From contig CM075990.1 of the NCBI GenBank assembly GCA_038087875.1, forward strand, positions 4,404,001 through 4,468,000: 64,000 nucleotides of DNA, written 5' to 3'. Within the stretch, counting starts at the first letter, position 1. Every line of letters starts with the position of its first letter. This DNA is from Malacoraja senta. Taxonomy: Eukaryota. A model generated the notes under the pieces. That model was not told the origin of the DNA and searched no databases. It worked only from the letters and a program-made list of their open reading frames with translations. Below, piece by piece: positions 24,053 through 37,414 of the stretch. The position numbers were made by a program, and so were the translations under genes.

Positions 24053-25649
24053 CTAGTACCAATAATTAAACTAGTTGAATCTGCATGAACTGTTGTTCCT
24101 TCAATGGATTTTGGTGGATGGCAGCCAGTACATCCTCTATTTCCAGAGTCCTTTCAAAATCCTTTGCTGGATCAGTAAATCCTGGGGATTTATATTTATT
24201 TTCTTGTTTGTTCTCCTACATATTTTAACTAATGATGATTCCTTTTCAAGACTCGAGAGTCAAGATTGTTATATTGTCATCTGCCCCAAAACGGACCAAT
24301 GAACCCCATTATTCTCTTAACTTAACTCTCAAGATCTGTTGTTCTCCACTATTTCTGGAAATACCATGTGGCTTCCACAAAGGCACACAATATATTTGTT
24401 TAATTTCTTTGTCATATCTTTATTTTAATCGGGCTTGTAAAGGTCCTAGATGGAATTCCATCCCCAGAAATGTATGTTGCCTTATTCACCGTCCTCATGC
24501 AGTTGCTCTACAGATCTTGAGTAACATCCCTTACCCATAGTTAGGAGGCAACATACCAACCGTGATTGTAACTCTTTTCCCTGTCCCCAACTTATTGAAG
24601 CCCCTTTCACATAAGATTTCCTGATCTCTGTCCCCATCCTAAATGCATTACTTCACTGTAACATGGATTGAATTTCATTTTACTTTTTTTGTGCATTCAA
24701 TCAGGTCACTGAACTTTCCTGCAATGGACAACTTTCTTCCTCATTATTACCATCATTGTCATTTTTGATTTGCAATCACTTCCTTTTTAGATTGTCATTT
24801 TTATTCTTACTACCAAAATAACATTTTCCTTCATTATATTCCTTTTGCCCAGTTATTTAATCTGTCTTTATCTTTCTGGAATCTTGTTTGTGTCTTCCTT
24901 GCTACTTTTGTCCAGTCCCTTCAACAAAATTATAAATAGAAACTGTAAATAGTTGAGGCTCCAGTGCTTGTGGCATTCCACCAACATGTTCTTTAAGGTA
25001 AGCATCAATCTTTCTGCATATGCCATGTGTGTTGACTGATCAGGTTATCAAACTCATTTGTAAAATTTGACAATATTTTTAGTTTTAGAAAACAGAATAT
25101 TATAACATTTTTTGTTGTGCAAGTAGTCACTGATTTATGATCTGCTTAATGGCTTTGACATTTTGGGTACATATTGGTTTACAAATCTATTTTTTGTGTA
25201 ACTATGCACAAATTGATGCCCAAGCTTGTCACTGTAGTAAAATCCCGGGAATGTATTTAAGCCCAGTCATCTACATTTACAAAATTGCACTTAATGCAAC
25301 ATTTTTCAGGAGCGCATCCCCTTCATAAATTGAAGATTATGAAGTTTGCCAAATGTACATTGCGTTTCTCAATGTACTAAAATATAATATATAGTGTGCA
25401 TGTAACCTCAGCGCTGGATCAGCTGTAAGATCATAACTAAACAGTTTTCATAAAACTATGAATCCTCCTGACTTGAAATGCTAGGATGACCATATTTATG
25501 TAGTGTTACATCAATGTGGAGCTACTTTAATATTGTTGATCCAAGAAAATTGCCCACAGATGAAGGCTTATAGTCTCAAGAACTGCTTTTAAATTTTAAA
25601 TCCCATTTTTAGGAACATATATACGAGTATTAAAAAAATAAAAATAAAA

Positions 25650-26150
25650 CAGTAGGCTAAACACTACTGCAGCTGGTCTGATCCATGGCCACAATTCCAC
25701 TTTCATGCATGGTCCATGTAACCCCTGATTCTGTCCAGCAATCTATCTTCTTCATAATTCAGCATCCATTGCTCTGTGGGTTGGAAAATTAATGATTTGT
25801 TGTCAGCTCAATTGTACGTGCCATCCCACTTTTCCTGAGACTGTATGTCTGTGACAATCCCCACCAGATGAAACATTCTCAAAGCATTCACATATCAGAC
25901 ATTTTGAATCTTGATGAGATTACTTGCAGGCCCATTTGTTCCTCATTCAGACATCTTCTCCCAGTGATCAATCCAGTCAACTGATCCATTTCCAAGACAA
26001 GTATATCCTTCCTTAAATCAGGGCACCTGAACTGAACTCAAAACCCCAGATATAATTTCACAAAATCCCAGCAGTTTTAGCAAGACTTGCTTATTTTTAT
26101 ACTCCATACTCATTCTGATAAAGCCCAACATTTCATCAGCCTTCCTAATT
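25650..26150 (-). mobile_element. Very degenerate CR1 LINE fragment
   Basis: Remnants such as tatccttccttaaatcagggcacctgaactga and agcccaacatttcatcagccttcctaat resemble the CR1 RT minus strand. Confidence 0.5.
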
Positions 26151-26235
26151 ATTTGCTGTCATAGAGCATAGATTAATGGAAATAGGCCCTTGAGCCAACT
26201 TGCCTTCACCGACCAACATGCCTCATCTACACTAG

Positions 26236-28170
26236 TCCAAGATAGACTTTCGACTGATATATATTATAAACCCACTGACTCCCACAGTTATCTAAACTAC
26301 ACTTCCCACTCAGCTTCCTGTAAAGACTCTATCCTCTACTTCCAATTCCTCCATCTACACCGCATCTACATGGTAAATGGTAGCGAATTGAGGAATGCAG
26401 TTGAACAGAGGGATCTAGGAATAACTGTGGCATAGTTCCCTGAAGGTGGAATCTCATGTAGATAGGGTGGTAAAGAAAGCTTTGGTGTGCTGGCCATTAT
26501 AAATCGGAGCATTGAATATAGAAGTTGGGATGTAATGTTAAAATTGTACAAGGCATTGGTGAGGCCAATTCTGGAGTATGGAGTACAATTTTGGTCGCCT
26601 AATTATAGGAAGGATGTCAACAAAATAGAGAGAGTACAGAGGAGATTTACTAGAATGTTGCCTGGGTTTCAGCAACTAAGTTACAGAGAAAGGTTGAACA
26701 AGTTAGCTCTTTATTCTTTGGAGCGCAGAAGGTTAAGAGGGGACTTGATAGAGGTCTTTAAAATTATGAGCGGGTTAGACAGAGTGGACGTGGATAAGCT
26801 TTTCCCATTGAGAGTAGGGAAGATTCAAGCAAGGGGACATGACTTGAGAATTAAGGGACAGAAGTTTAGGGGTAACATTAGGGGGAACTTCTTTACTCAG
26901 AGAGTGGTAGCTGTGTGGAATGAGCTTCCAGTGGAAGTGGTGGAGGCAGGTTCGATGTTATCCTTTAAAAATAGATTGGATGGGTATATGGACGGGAAAG
27001 GAATGGAGGGTTATGGTCTGAGTGCAGGTAGATGGGACTAGGGGGAAGTTTCCGTGCTGTTATGGTTATATGGTTATATGGTTATCTGCGCCCAGGATGA
27101 GGTGTTCCACACCAGAACATCTGAGATGTCCCCATTCTTTAGGGAACGGGGGGTTCCCCTCTTCCATCAGAGACGAGGCCCTCACTAGGGTCTCCTCGAT
27201 ATCCCGTAGCTCTGCTCTTGCTTCCCCTCCCCCAGTCACAACAGGGATGGAGATCCCACTAGTCCTCATCTTTCACCCCATCGTCCGTCGCATACAGAAC
27301 ATAATCCTCCGACATTTTCGCCACCTCCAACGGGATCCCACTATTAGCCACATCTTCCCATCTCCAACCCTTTCCGCTTTTTGCAGACACCAATCCCTCC
27401 GCAACTCCTTGCTTAATTCAGCCCTTCAACCCAAACTACCCTTTCCCAGGTATTCCCACCCCCTGCAACTGCAGGAGATGCAACACCTGTCCCTATATAT
27501 CCCCCCTCGACTCCGTCCAAGGACCCCGACAGTCTTTTCAGGTGAGGCAGAGATTCACTTGCACCTCCTCCAACCTCATCTACCGTAACCGCTGTTCCAA
27601 GTGAGGACTCGGCGAGACCATGCACAGGCTTGGCGATCGTTTCGCTGAACACTTCCGCTTAGTCCGCCTAAATCTACCTGATCTCCGTTTGCTTAACACT
27701 TTAACTCCCCCTCCCATTCTCATACTGACCATTCTGTCCTGGGCCTCCTCCATTGCAGAGTGAGGCCCAGTGCAAATTGGAGGAATAACTCCTCATATTT
27801 CGCTTGGGCAGCTTACAACCCAGTGGTATGAATATTGACTTTTCTAACTTCAAGTAACCCTTGCTCTCCATCCTTCCCCCTTTCCCAGTTCCCCGACCAG
27901 TCTGACTGTCCTCGATTACATTTTATCTGTTTGCTTTGTTCTTACATCTATTCTACATTTTCCTTTAACTGCATCCTCTTTGTCTTGCTTTCACACCTTA
28001 CACTTCCTCATCTCTGTATCTCCCTCTCCCCTTACTCAGTTTGAAGAAGGGTCTCCACCCGATTCGTCGCCCATTCCTTCTATCCAGAGATGCTGCCTGT
28101 TCCGCTGAGTTACTCCAGCATTTTGTGTCTATTTTTGGTTTAAACCAGCATCTGCAGTTCCTTCCAATAC
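26236..28170 (+). mobile_element. Penelope-like retroelement, 3' part (RT thumb + GIY-YIG endonuclease + terminal repeat), interrupted by CR1
   Basis: DRLSTDIYYKPTDSHSYL..CKDSILYFQFLHLHRI|CAQDEVF; IPLVLIFHP..HLQRDPT; CNCRRCNTCPY; FTCTSSNLIY..GET..RLGDRFAEH; degenerate hammerhead at ~28041-28068; frameshifted. Confidence 0.9.
26368..27083 (+). mobile_element. CR1 LINE 3' fragment ((TTATATGG)n family) nested in Penelope
   Basis: ORF 26487-27041 is a CR1 RT C-terminus; ATCT duplicated at 26364-26367 and 27084-27087; removing the insert restores Penelope ...cgcATCTgcgccc. Confidence 0.95.
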
Positions 28171-28660
28171 ATAGAAGTTGGGAGGTTTTGTTACAGTTGT
28201 AGAAGACATTGATGAGGCCAAATTTGGAGTGTTGTGTTCAATTTTGGTCATCCTGTCATTCCAATTTTGGAAAGATGTTGTTAAGCTGGAAAAGATGCAG
28301 AAAAGATTTAGCGGATGTTGCCAGGATTCGAGGACCTGAGCTATAAGGAGAGCTTGAGCAGGCTAGGCTTGGAGTGTCGGAAGATGAACGATGATCTTGG
28401 AGAAGTATAATGAGAGATTAGTAGGATAAATGCATAGTCTTTACCCAGAGTAGGGAATGAAGAACCAGAGGACGTAGGTTAAGGTGAGGGAAGGAAAATG
28501 TAATGAACCTGAGGGGCATTTTTGTTACACAAGGGTTGGTGGGTGTATGGAACAAGTTGCCAATGGAGGTAGTTGAGGCTGGTACTATCACAACGTTTGT
28601 AAGACATTTGGACAGGTACGTTGACAGGATAAGTTTAGAAGGGTATGGACCAAACACAAG
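28170..28660 (+). mobile_element. CR1 LINE 3' fragment
   Basis: LMRPNLECCVQFWS-like sequence; VGVWNKLPMEVVEAGTITTFVRHLDRY. Confidence 0.85.
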
Positions 28661-31459
28661 CTGGTTCCTTTGCTGGCAAAAAAACCTACTCCAATCAACT
28701 TGAGCAAGTTCCTGTCTAATACCATCAAAGTTAGACTTGCTCCTATTCAGAATTTTAACTCGTAGGCATAACTATCTTAAAGCTAATAGATTAGTGATTG
28801 CTGGTCCAAAAAGTTCACCCACCAACATTTCAGTCACTTGTCCTTCCCAATTGCCTATGAGTAGATACAGCCTTGCCCTCTCCCACGTAGAGCATCTTCA
28901 TATTGTGTGAGGGCACTTTCCTGAGCACATTTCACAAATTCCACCTGTCCAACCCTTGAATTATGACAGTCGTAACCTATATTGGGAAAGGTAAGAATCC
29001 CTCACTGTGACTACTTTATTAGCCTTCCAAGCCTGCAATCTCTTGGCATATTTTCTTCTCCAATTCCCACTGACTATTTGTGGGCCTGTGGTACACTCCC
29101 TACAAGGTGATCATCCTCTTTTTATTTCTTAGCTCCACGCATACAGACAGAACATCAGTAATAATCCTTTCATACTAACCCATGTTTCTTGTTAGACACT
29201 ACCAAAGTATAATTATCCCACATTATTTAAATCATATGTTTTCTGTCCTTCTTGACATTATGGGTAACCTCACATTTCTTATCTTACATTTTTGGTTCTT
29301 CATCTAGTCTACATCCTTTTGCAGGGTCTTCTGTCCTGCCCTCAACCTACTTTTTCACTACTAAATTTAAATCTAAAGTCACTGCTAAATTTATATCAGT
29401 CGTCCCATCATCTACAATGTAAGTATATATAATGTAAATACGTGAAACTCCAACAGCGATCTCCAAAATACCTCATCAGCTGCACCGTATCAAATTTAAA
29501 ATTATTATTTTAATTCCCACCGTTTGTCTCCTCTATTGACATATTCTCTATCCATGTAAAAATTCATTCAAAAATCATGCTTCTTCAGGCTGGCATCTTG
29601 GGCTAATTACACTAGAAATGATCTTGTTTCTATCCTTGGGTGCAATGTGCACCAAAATAGCATTTCAACAACTGGGCCTTATATTTTAGTTGTCATCGAC
29701 ATTTGAGCAAAGATACTATCGTATCTTTGGTTTTGAGTGCTCAGTTAACCCTGTTGTGGTGTTGGGGATTCCAGATACTCTGGAGCTACCAAAAGCGTAG
29801 GACGGTTGCTGAATGATGTGCCTGCTCTTGCTGTGCCTTGGCAGCAATTCTTCTTGGTCAGACATGTGAAGATGATGCGAAACCGAACACCGGTTTTACC
29901 CAGCTGAACACAACAGCTTATTTTTACATAATGATGTTAATGTAGTCTCTGGTATCACTTTGGCAAATTTCCTATTCAAAACACACCTGCATCGTGGTTT
30001 TAAAAAAAAGGAACTTTTGTGCTGCCTGATTTTGCAGCGGTGTAAAATAGTACAGGGCTTCACTGTTTTATGCTCTCTCACTTAATGCTGTTAATAACGA
30101 TGACTAAAGTTAGAAACCTGATTCTGGGTATGAATGTCGTCTGGACATTAAATGGACTTCAGTTTAAACTTGTGTTGGAAAATAATTTGTTGAAAACTTT
30201 CTAAGTACACATCTTTTATGAAAGAAATAAAATACTCTTTTCTCCGTTGAAGTTCAGCAGCTAAATGGTTAACTAATCAAGATTCAAAGCTGGTCTGAAT
30301 TCTTTCTTGTTGCTGTTGTCAAGACTTGTTGACGGTAAACCAAATGCAATAAAGTGCCAGATTTTGGTTATGTAATTGTCTGCCCTGCTTTGACTATATA
30401 TTTAATAAGAGACTATGATACAGGATTGTCAGTGTGCAGAACAACGGTAAAGGAATGGAGGTATTTAAGCAGCGAAGATGTGAGCTGAGATTGCTTGCTG
30501 GAGATGCCAATATTCTTATGCTAATCAAGGCCCGAATGTGTGGCGGAGCAGCCGAGCAAACAATAGTGCTGGAGCCAGAAAGTCTGTGCTACAGTCTAGC
30601 AGTGCTTAAAAGGCATGTCAGCTTGGGCGCCTAGGGCAGCTTTGGAGGAGGGGCCTGCGGAAAAGGAGAATTTATCCTCGACTCCTTCAGCCTTCAGTGT
30701 AATGGGAGGTGGCAAATAGCCAACAGTCTGTAAGGCTTGCTGCACACGATGAAAGAGAGGGGGGGGGGGGGGGTGGGGGTGGATGGAAGGGAGATGCAGT
30801 CTAGGCATGCTTTCATTAGAAGGCCATTTGTTTAAAAAAGTCTCCGATCACAGCTTTAAAAACATTGGTTTGGCCGCCAGACATCTTTCTTGGTATGTGC
30901 TTTTACTTAACCAAAAGAGTGGTGTTGTGAAAGTTGGTCCCTTTACATTATATACTCTTATTGCAGTTATTGGAGTCAGAATAATTCTGGTACTTAATGG
31001 GGGTAAAAAAGTGAATGAATGTGTTAGCTATACAAATGGGTTTTCAAATCATTGATACCAAGGAATAGTGGTTTGTTTTTCAGACTACGTATTTCTGCAT
31101 TTTAATAGAAACCAATTGTGTTTAATTGAGCTGCCATCCTTTAAAGGTGTTTCTTAATCCGCTCAATTAGATTTACTTTCAATGTGAAGGGTTATTTTTG
31201 TCCCTGGTTTTAAGATAATATATTTATCTTCCTGATCAAGCTCTGTATCCCCAGTGATCTGCATTTTACGTCAAAAGCCATTGACTTGCTTGATAATTTA
31301 CCTAGATGTTGAGGAAAGTTTCATCTCCATGACCATTAAATGACTTTTTTTTAATTGTACAGTAATGCACTGCACCTGGGAAACTTTAACTTGCTTTAAT
31401 ATAAACTGAAATCCTGGCCACTAGGACAAACAGAGGGAATGGTAAATAAATACGGGTTA

Positions 31460-31980
31460 TAACAGTGCAGCACAAGAACAGGATCTTTGGCCCACAATGT
31501 CTTTGCTGAATATGATGCCAAGACTAACCCATATCTACCTGTACGTAATCCATATCCCCCCCATTCCCTATATATTCTTTGCCTATCCAAAAGTCTCTTA
31601 AATAACTCGATGATATCTGCCTCAACCACTAGCTCCAGCAACAGGCATTCACCACACCCTGTATATATATAAAGAAATAATTGCCCCCCCCCCCCCTTAA
31701 ACTTTGCCCTCTTACCTTGAAGCAATGCCCTCAAGTATTTGATTTTTCCATCCTGGGAAAAAGGTTCTGACTGTCTGCCCTATCTATGCCTCTCATAACT
31801 TTGTCTACTACTATCAGGTCTCCTCTGGCATTCCAGAGAAAACAATCCAAGCTTGTCCAACCTCTGCTTGTAGCTAATATCTACTAATCCAGGCATCATT
31901 TGGTAAATCTCTTCTGCACCCTCTCCAAAGTCTCCACATCCTTCCTGTAATGGGGCCACTAGAATTGTACACAATATCCA
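31460..31980 (-). mobile_element. CR1 LINE 3' fragment
   Basis: Minus ORFs: MPGLVDISYKQRLDKLGLFSLE and LVVEADIIELFKRLLDR. Confidence 0.85.
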
Positions 31981-32837
31981 AAAGTGGCCCCAGGAAAATA
32001 TTTTAGAGTTGTGTCATGACCTTTGACTCTTATACACAATGCCCTGACCAATGAAGGCAATGGTAATAAACCTAACCTAGGTTTTCTTATTGCTGAGATG
32101 GTCCAGAACTGAATGTAATGGAAGAGAGATGCCGTTTCTGGTGACCTATTTTTACTGCGTGCAAATTGGAGGGGGCCTAGATTGTCCAGAAGACTGGCAC
32201 AAATGTAGGCCATTGCCAATCGTACAGGCATTGCACCCATCTGGTAGAAGTGCGTGGTGCCAGAGATTGCCCTCAGTGTGTGATGGAATTCATCCCTTGC
32301 CACAGTCGCCTAACTCTTGATTGAAATTAACCTCCTGCTTGTTTTGGAAATCTACTTTGGCATCCTGATAAGCCTTGTCGAGGTCATACTTGGCCACCTT
32401 GTTCAATGCAGATTGCCCTCCTTGAAACCCTCTGATCTGGATTTTAGCAGAGTATGAGTCTCCCTACTCATCCAAGGATTCACCTCAGGATCAACCCTAA
32501 TTGATGTACGGCAGAATGCAGTTGTGTACACATTTCATGATGAAACCGATGGCAGCTGAGGCATCAGGCTGGATGAAGTGGTCTTGAACATGTTCCATCC
32601 AGTCCTTTGACTCAAGGTAGTCCTGAAGCAAACCTTCAGCCTCCTCAGACCTCTGCTGTATTATTCTTTTCGCCACTGCCTCACGCTTCGGATCCTGTCT
32701 GTAAAGCTGGCTGGAGCAGCACCGATGGGTGATCAGTCTAGATAAAATGAGGGTGAGGGATGGAGTAAAAGGTGTACTTGATGGTGTTGTCGCAGTGGTC
32801 AAACGTGTTAACAAAGGAGACATGCTGATGGCATTTA

Positions 32838-34110
32838 GTTCAAGATTCAAGAGAGTTTATTGTCATGTGTCCCAGATAGGACAATGGAATTCTTGCTTTG
32901 GTTCAGCACAACAGAATATAGTAGGCATAAATAAATACAGAACAGATCAGTGTATCCATATACCATTGAATATATATATATACACACACACACACACATG
33001 ACCTGAAAGTGGCGGCGCTGCCTTGCAGCTGCGGCTCGCCTGCAGTCCGTTTGTCTTTTCATTTTTTGTTTTCTTTTGTCCCGTTGTTACAGTTTATTTC
33101 GGTTTATTTTAGTTGTGTATTTGTGGGGGGGGTGGGAGAAACATGTTTTTTTGACTCTTCCTTCGGGGGGGATGCGACCTTTCTTGCCGTATCCCCCGTC
33201 TCCATCTGCGCTGAGGCCTATCGCGGAGCTGGCGGCCTCCAACTGGAACCGATCTCGGGGCTCCGGAGGCAGAGCCAGGACTTACCAACGCGAGGCTGGT
33301 CGACTTCGGGGCTGTGGTGGTGTTGCGACCCGACTTCCGACCCGACTTCGGAGCCTCGGAGGCTCGGCCGCGGGCCAGTGGACGACATCGTCGGGAGCTC
33401 GCAGGTCACAGGTTGGTGACCTGTTTTTCCGGAGCTCCCGCAACAACAGCTTTGTCCGCTGGACTGGAGGGCGGCAGCTTCGGCAGCTTCGACCGCCCCG
33501 GGCCGCGGAGTTTGAACCAGCCCGTTCGCGGAGCTCGGATTCAGCCGCGGGACTTGCTTACCATCACCCGGCGGGGTCACAACATCGGAGGCCTGGATCA
33601 CCTCAGCCCAGAGGGAGAGCAAGGAGGGAAGAGACAAGGACTTTGGGACTTTTTGCCTTCCATCACAGTGAGGAGGTACCTGGTGGACTCACTGTGGTGG
33701 ATGTTAAACTGTGTTGAGTGTGTGTTTTGTTATTTATTCTATGTTATGACTGCAGGCTAAACCATTTCGTTGCACTGAAAAGTGCAATGACAATAAAATT
33801 GAATATCAATATCAATATCAAATAAGCATATAATGTGCAATAGGCTATTAAAGTTCAGATTTTTGTTTGAGTTGAGTTTAATAGTCTGATGGCTGTGGGG
33901 AAGGTGCTATTCCTGAACCTGGATGTTTCAGATTACAGGCTCCTGTACCTTCTACCTGAAGGCAGCAGAGAGATGAGTGTGTGGCCAGGATGGTGTGGGT
34001 CCTTGATGATGCTGCCAGCCTTTTTGAGGCAGCGACTGTGGTAGATCCCCTCGATGGTAGGGAGGTCAGAGCCGTTGATGGACTGGGCAGTGTTTACAAC
34101 TTTTTGCAGT
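32838..34110 (-). mobile_element. Younger Rex1/Babar LINE 3' fragment, split by the 33005-33820 insert
   Basis: KRLQKVVNTAQSINGSDLPTIEGIYHSRCLKKAGSIIKDPHHPGHTLISLLPSGRRYRSL; 3' end gacaataaactctcttgaatcttgaa at ~32838-32865. Confidence 0.85.
33005..33820 (+). mobile_element. Non-autonomous GC-rich retroposon with LINE-like 3' tail
   Basis: Starts aaagtggcggcgctgcc, CpG-rich non-coding body, ends catttcgttgcactgaaaagtgcaatgacaataaa + (AATATC)3; interrupts a Rex1 3' UTR. Confidence 0.65.
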
Positions 34111-34569
34111 CTTTTGAGTACCTTCCTGAAATTAGCTTGATTGACATCACCGGCGAAGATGCATAGGGCATCACGTTTTACTGCCGTCAAAAGTTAATGA
34201 CTGCTTAATTTGTCCAGTGCCAATTTAGCGTTACCGTTGGGCGATATGCAAACAGCCAACAAGATGGTAGAGGGGAATTCCTTTGGTAGATGAAAGCAAT
34301 GCCATGAACAGGTATTCCTGGTCAGGGAAGGAAATTGAGTTACGACTATCACATCAGTATACCATGATGCATTGACTAAAAATGGGATACCTTTGTCCCT
34401 TTCCCCTTGTGTGAGGATTCCGTACGATGCATAGGATAAATGGAGAGACTCTGAGGTGATAAACCTATGTCAGGTGTGAGCCATGTTTCAGTGAAACAAA
34501 GAACACAGCATTCCCTGATTTCTCCTTGAAATTACAGACTTGCTCGATGCCCTTCAAGCTTGTTATTGC

Positions 34570-34900
34570 TTTATTATTGTCACGTGTACCGAGATACAGT
34601 GATACTTTGCGTCCTAACCAGACAAATCATGGCATATGAGTACAATTAAACCATACACAGCTACAATGTTAGTGCAAAAAGAGAAAAGGAACAGAGTGCA
34701 AAATGTAGTTTTACAGCAACTGGAATAGTGCAGTTAAAATAAGTGCAAGAGACGCACTGAAGTAGATTGGGAGATCGGGACTTCATCCTCAGCATATGAG
34801 AAGCCAGTTCAATAGTCTAATAAGGGAGGAAGCTGTTCCTGAAGTTGGTGTGGTACGTACTTTCAAACTTGTGTATCTTCTGCACGACAGAGGGGAGAAA
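34570..34900 (-). mobile_element. Rex1/Babar-like LINE 3' end
   Basis: tttattattgtcacgtgtaccgagatacagtga...; minus ORF FLPSVVQKIHKFESTYHTNFRNSFLP. Confidence 0.7.
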
Positions 34901-35741
34901 AGAGAGAATGACTAGTCCTTGGGCTGCTTTCAGGAGGCATTGTGGGGTGCAGATGGAGTTGATGTGGGGGGGGGGGTGTACAGCAGGGCATCTAGATTGC
35001 ATGATGGACAGTTTTTTGCTCAACCAAGTTGTGGTGCATTCTGAAGGGATGTTTGTGTGAATCAGCATTAGAAGTATATTGGGGTAGGGCTGGACCAGAA
35101 TCCCCAATGTTTCAGCTGCACCTGACCCCCCCCCCCCCCCCAGATGGAGTAAAGGGAATAGGTAAAATGGACTGTTGTGATTGTGTGCTTGCAGCTTTGC
35201 CCGTAGTGTCAGATCCAGTATAGATCGGTAGCTCAGAGAGTTCCTTTGAAATAGCGACGATTGTCAGGAGACTTTCATCGCTGGAACTAATTACTTTCTT
35301 AGCGCTGTTATGGATGGATGGTAAGGAGGAATAATCATAACAAAATTATTCAATTGTTTTCAGAGGAGCTTCATGTGAAATGTCACCAATGTCCAGCACC
35401 ATTGGGCAAAGATTGTATGGGCCTGGATGAGCTGATTACATGAAAGGATCTTGAATGGTAGGTTTGTGAAAAGACAACTAGTCTGCATGAGGGAAGTTGG
35501 GAGGAAAATGACAATGTTTTGGTCACAATCATCTTATTGCCTTAGATATGGGAGTCATGCCCAGAGGGCCAGAGGAAGGCAAATTTGAAATACTTTTCGA
35601 AGAAGGAGGATTAAAATGAGAAATTTGTTCTTTGAAATTATGAGTTAATTAAGGTAGTGAGTAGCTACTTAAAAGAGGTTTTTGATAGAGGGGGAAATAT
35701 TAGACGTTGGCGAAAATGAAGCGTGTAAAAGGGTTTGTGAA

Positions 35742-36110
35742 ATGATGCTGGTGTAAACCGAAGATAGACATAGAAAGCTGGCAGCATCTCTGGAGAGAAG
35801 GAATGGGTGACCTTTTCGGGTTGAGACCCTTCTTCAGGCTGGTTAGGGATAAGGGAAACGAGAGATATAGATGGCGATGTGAAGAGATAAAGAACAATGA
35901 ATAAAAGATATGCAAAAAAGTAAAGATGATAAACGAAACAGGCCATTGTTAGCTGTTTGTAAGGTGAAAATGGGAAGCGAGTGCAACTTGGGTGGGGGAG
36001 GGATAGAGAGAGAGAGGGGGAGGGATAGAGAGATGGGGGGGGGGGGGGTGCCGGGGCTACCTGAAGTGAGAGAAATCAATATTCATACCACTGGGCTGTG
36101 AGCTGCCCTT
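35742..36110 (-). mobile_element. Penelope 3' fragment with degenerate hammerhead
   Basis: Minus: gggcagctcacagcccagtggtatgaatattgatttc...cctgaagaagggtctcaacccgaaaaggtcacc. Confidence 0.85.
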
Positions 36111-36639
36111 GGGATGTAAACAGCAGTGGTTTTCAGATTGTACAATGTCAGTGCAGGATCGCTCAATTTGCTACAATCTGGATGGGGCAATTTAGAAGAT
36201 TTTGTATATCAAAAAAAAATCTGATCTGGAGGATAACAGACTATTGAAAAACATAAGGGAAAGGGCAATATGATTCATGGGGTGATGGTGGAGAGATAAC
36301 ATGACTGTTGACTGGAAAAAGCTCCAAATGCTGGAAATTTGAAATAAAAACTGAAAATGCCCGAGGCATTCATCGGGTCAGGTGAGAGAAGCAGAATCAA
36401 CACTTTGAGTCAATGATCCTTTGTCAGAACTGAATAACTGACAAAGGAACCTTGTTTTGAGTTAACCAGGAACAAAAAACATCTGTGATGTCAAGGTAGC
36501 CATAAAATTAAATACAGTTAAGATAGAAAAGTAAAGGAACAAATTAAAATATGAACCAATGTCACTCAAGAGAAGGAAAAGTCAGACTACCCACTATTGA
36601 GACCGAAGGGTACAACATTCTCAAAGATTGATAATGAGA

Positions 36640-37400
36640 TACTCGAACTTATGTTTGGCTTTGTTGGTACAGTATAAGATGTGAAATTGAGAATAGGTGG
36701 AGAATCAAAGTGTCAGGCAACTGGAAGCTTGGGATCAACCCTGTGTGCTGAACAAGGTATTCCACAAGAATGTTACCCAAACTGTGTTTAGTTTCTCTGA
36801 TGTAGAACAGACTTCATGAGCCCCAAATTCTCTGAACTATATTGGAAGAACTGCAAGTGAATGACTGTTTCACAAGGAAAAATCATTTGATTCCCCAGAT
36901 GCAGGAAAGGGAATAGGTAAAAGCACAAGTGTTGCATCTGGTGTGGTTGCATGGGATACTGTGAGAAGGGGTGTGGTTGATGGAGATAACCAGGGAGTTG
37001 TCCTCTTGGAATGTGGAGGGGAAGATATGTCTGGTGAGGAATCATCTTGAAGGATGCATTTAACTATGGAGAATGATCAGTTGAATATGGAGGATATTGG
37101 GGGGGGGGGGAAGGGGGGAGGAGGTGGAGGATAAAAGGACCAGGGAAATTCTATTTTGGTTGCAGCTGAGAGAATATAGAAAGAAAGTATGTATTAGAGG
37201 GACTGCAAACGAAACTTCCATTAATAAAATGGCAGACCAAATGGTTGAAGAAAAACCCAAAATGTGGAAAGATTCAACAGATGAAGATGAAGAGACTGGG
37301 AGCATGGAATAAGATTTGTACATGGAATAGGATGGAAGGAGATACAGTCAAGATAGCTGTGGAAGTTTGTGTAATTACAATGGATATTGGCAAATATTTT
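36640..37400 (-). mobile_element. Degenerate Penelope coding remnant
   Basis: Minus-strand traces of YTNFHSYLD, ISLVL and PCNHTRCNTC; similar to 26236-27850. Confidence 0.6.
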
Positions 37401-37414
37401 ATCTGGATATAGGC

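Larger units (their letters stand above)
31990..34560 (-). mobile_element. Old, fragmented Rex1/Babar LINE (APE + RT remnants) hosting younger inserts
   Basis: CCVLCFTETWL (~34480-34512), IFAGDVNQANFRKVL (~34115-34160), LLQDYLESKDW (~32600), LGPLQFARSKNRS (~32150-32185). Confidence 0.75.

Noticed and set aside
30755..30790. G-runs as a functional G-quadruplex (also 14205-14227, 35125-35141, 37079-37090, 56461-56474)
   Set aside because: Homopolymer runs are common throughout the window and error-prone in assemblies; no independent support.
33009..33760. Several 136-213 aa ORFs in a GC-rich block, possibly a CpG-island gene start
   Set aside because: ORFs are open in many frames because of GC content, have no recognisable domain, and the block has a retroposon tail and interrupts another repeat.
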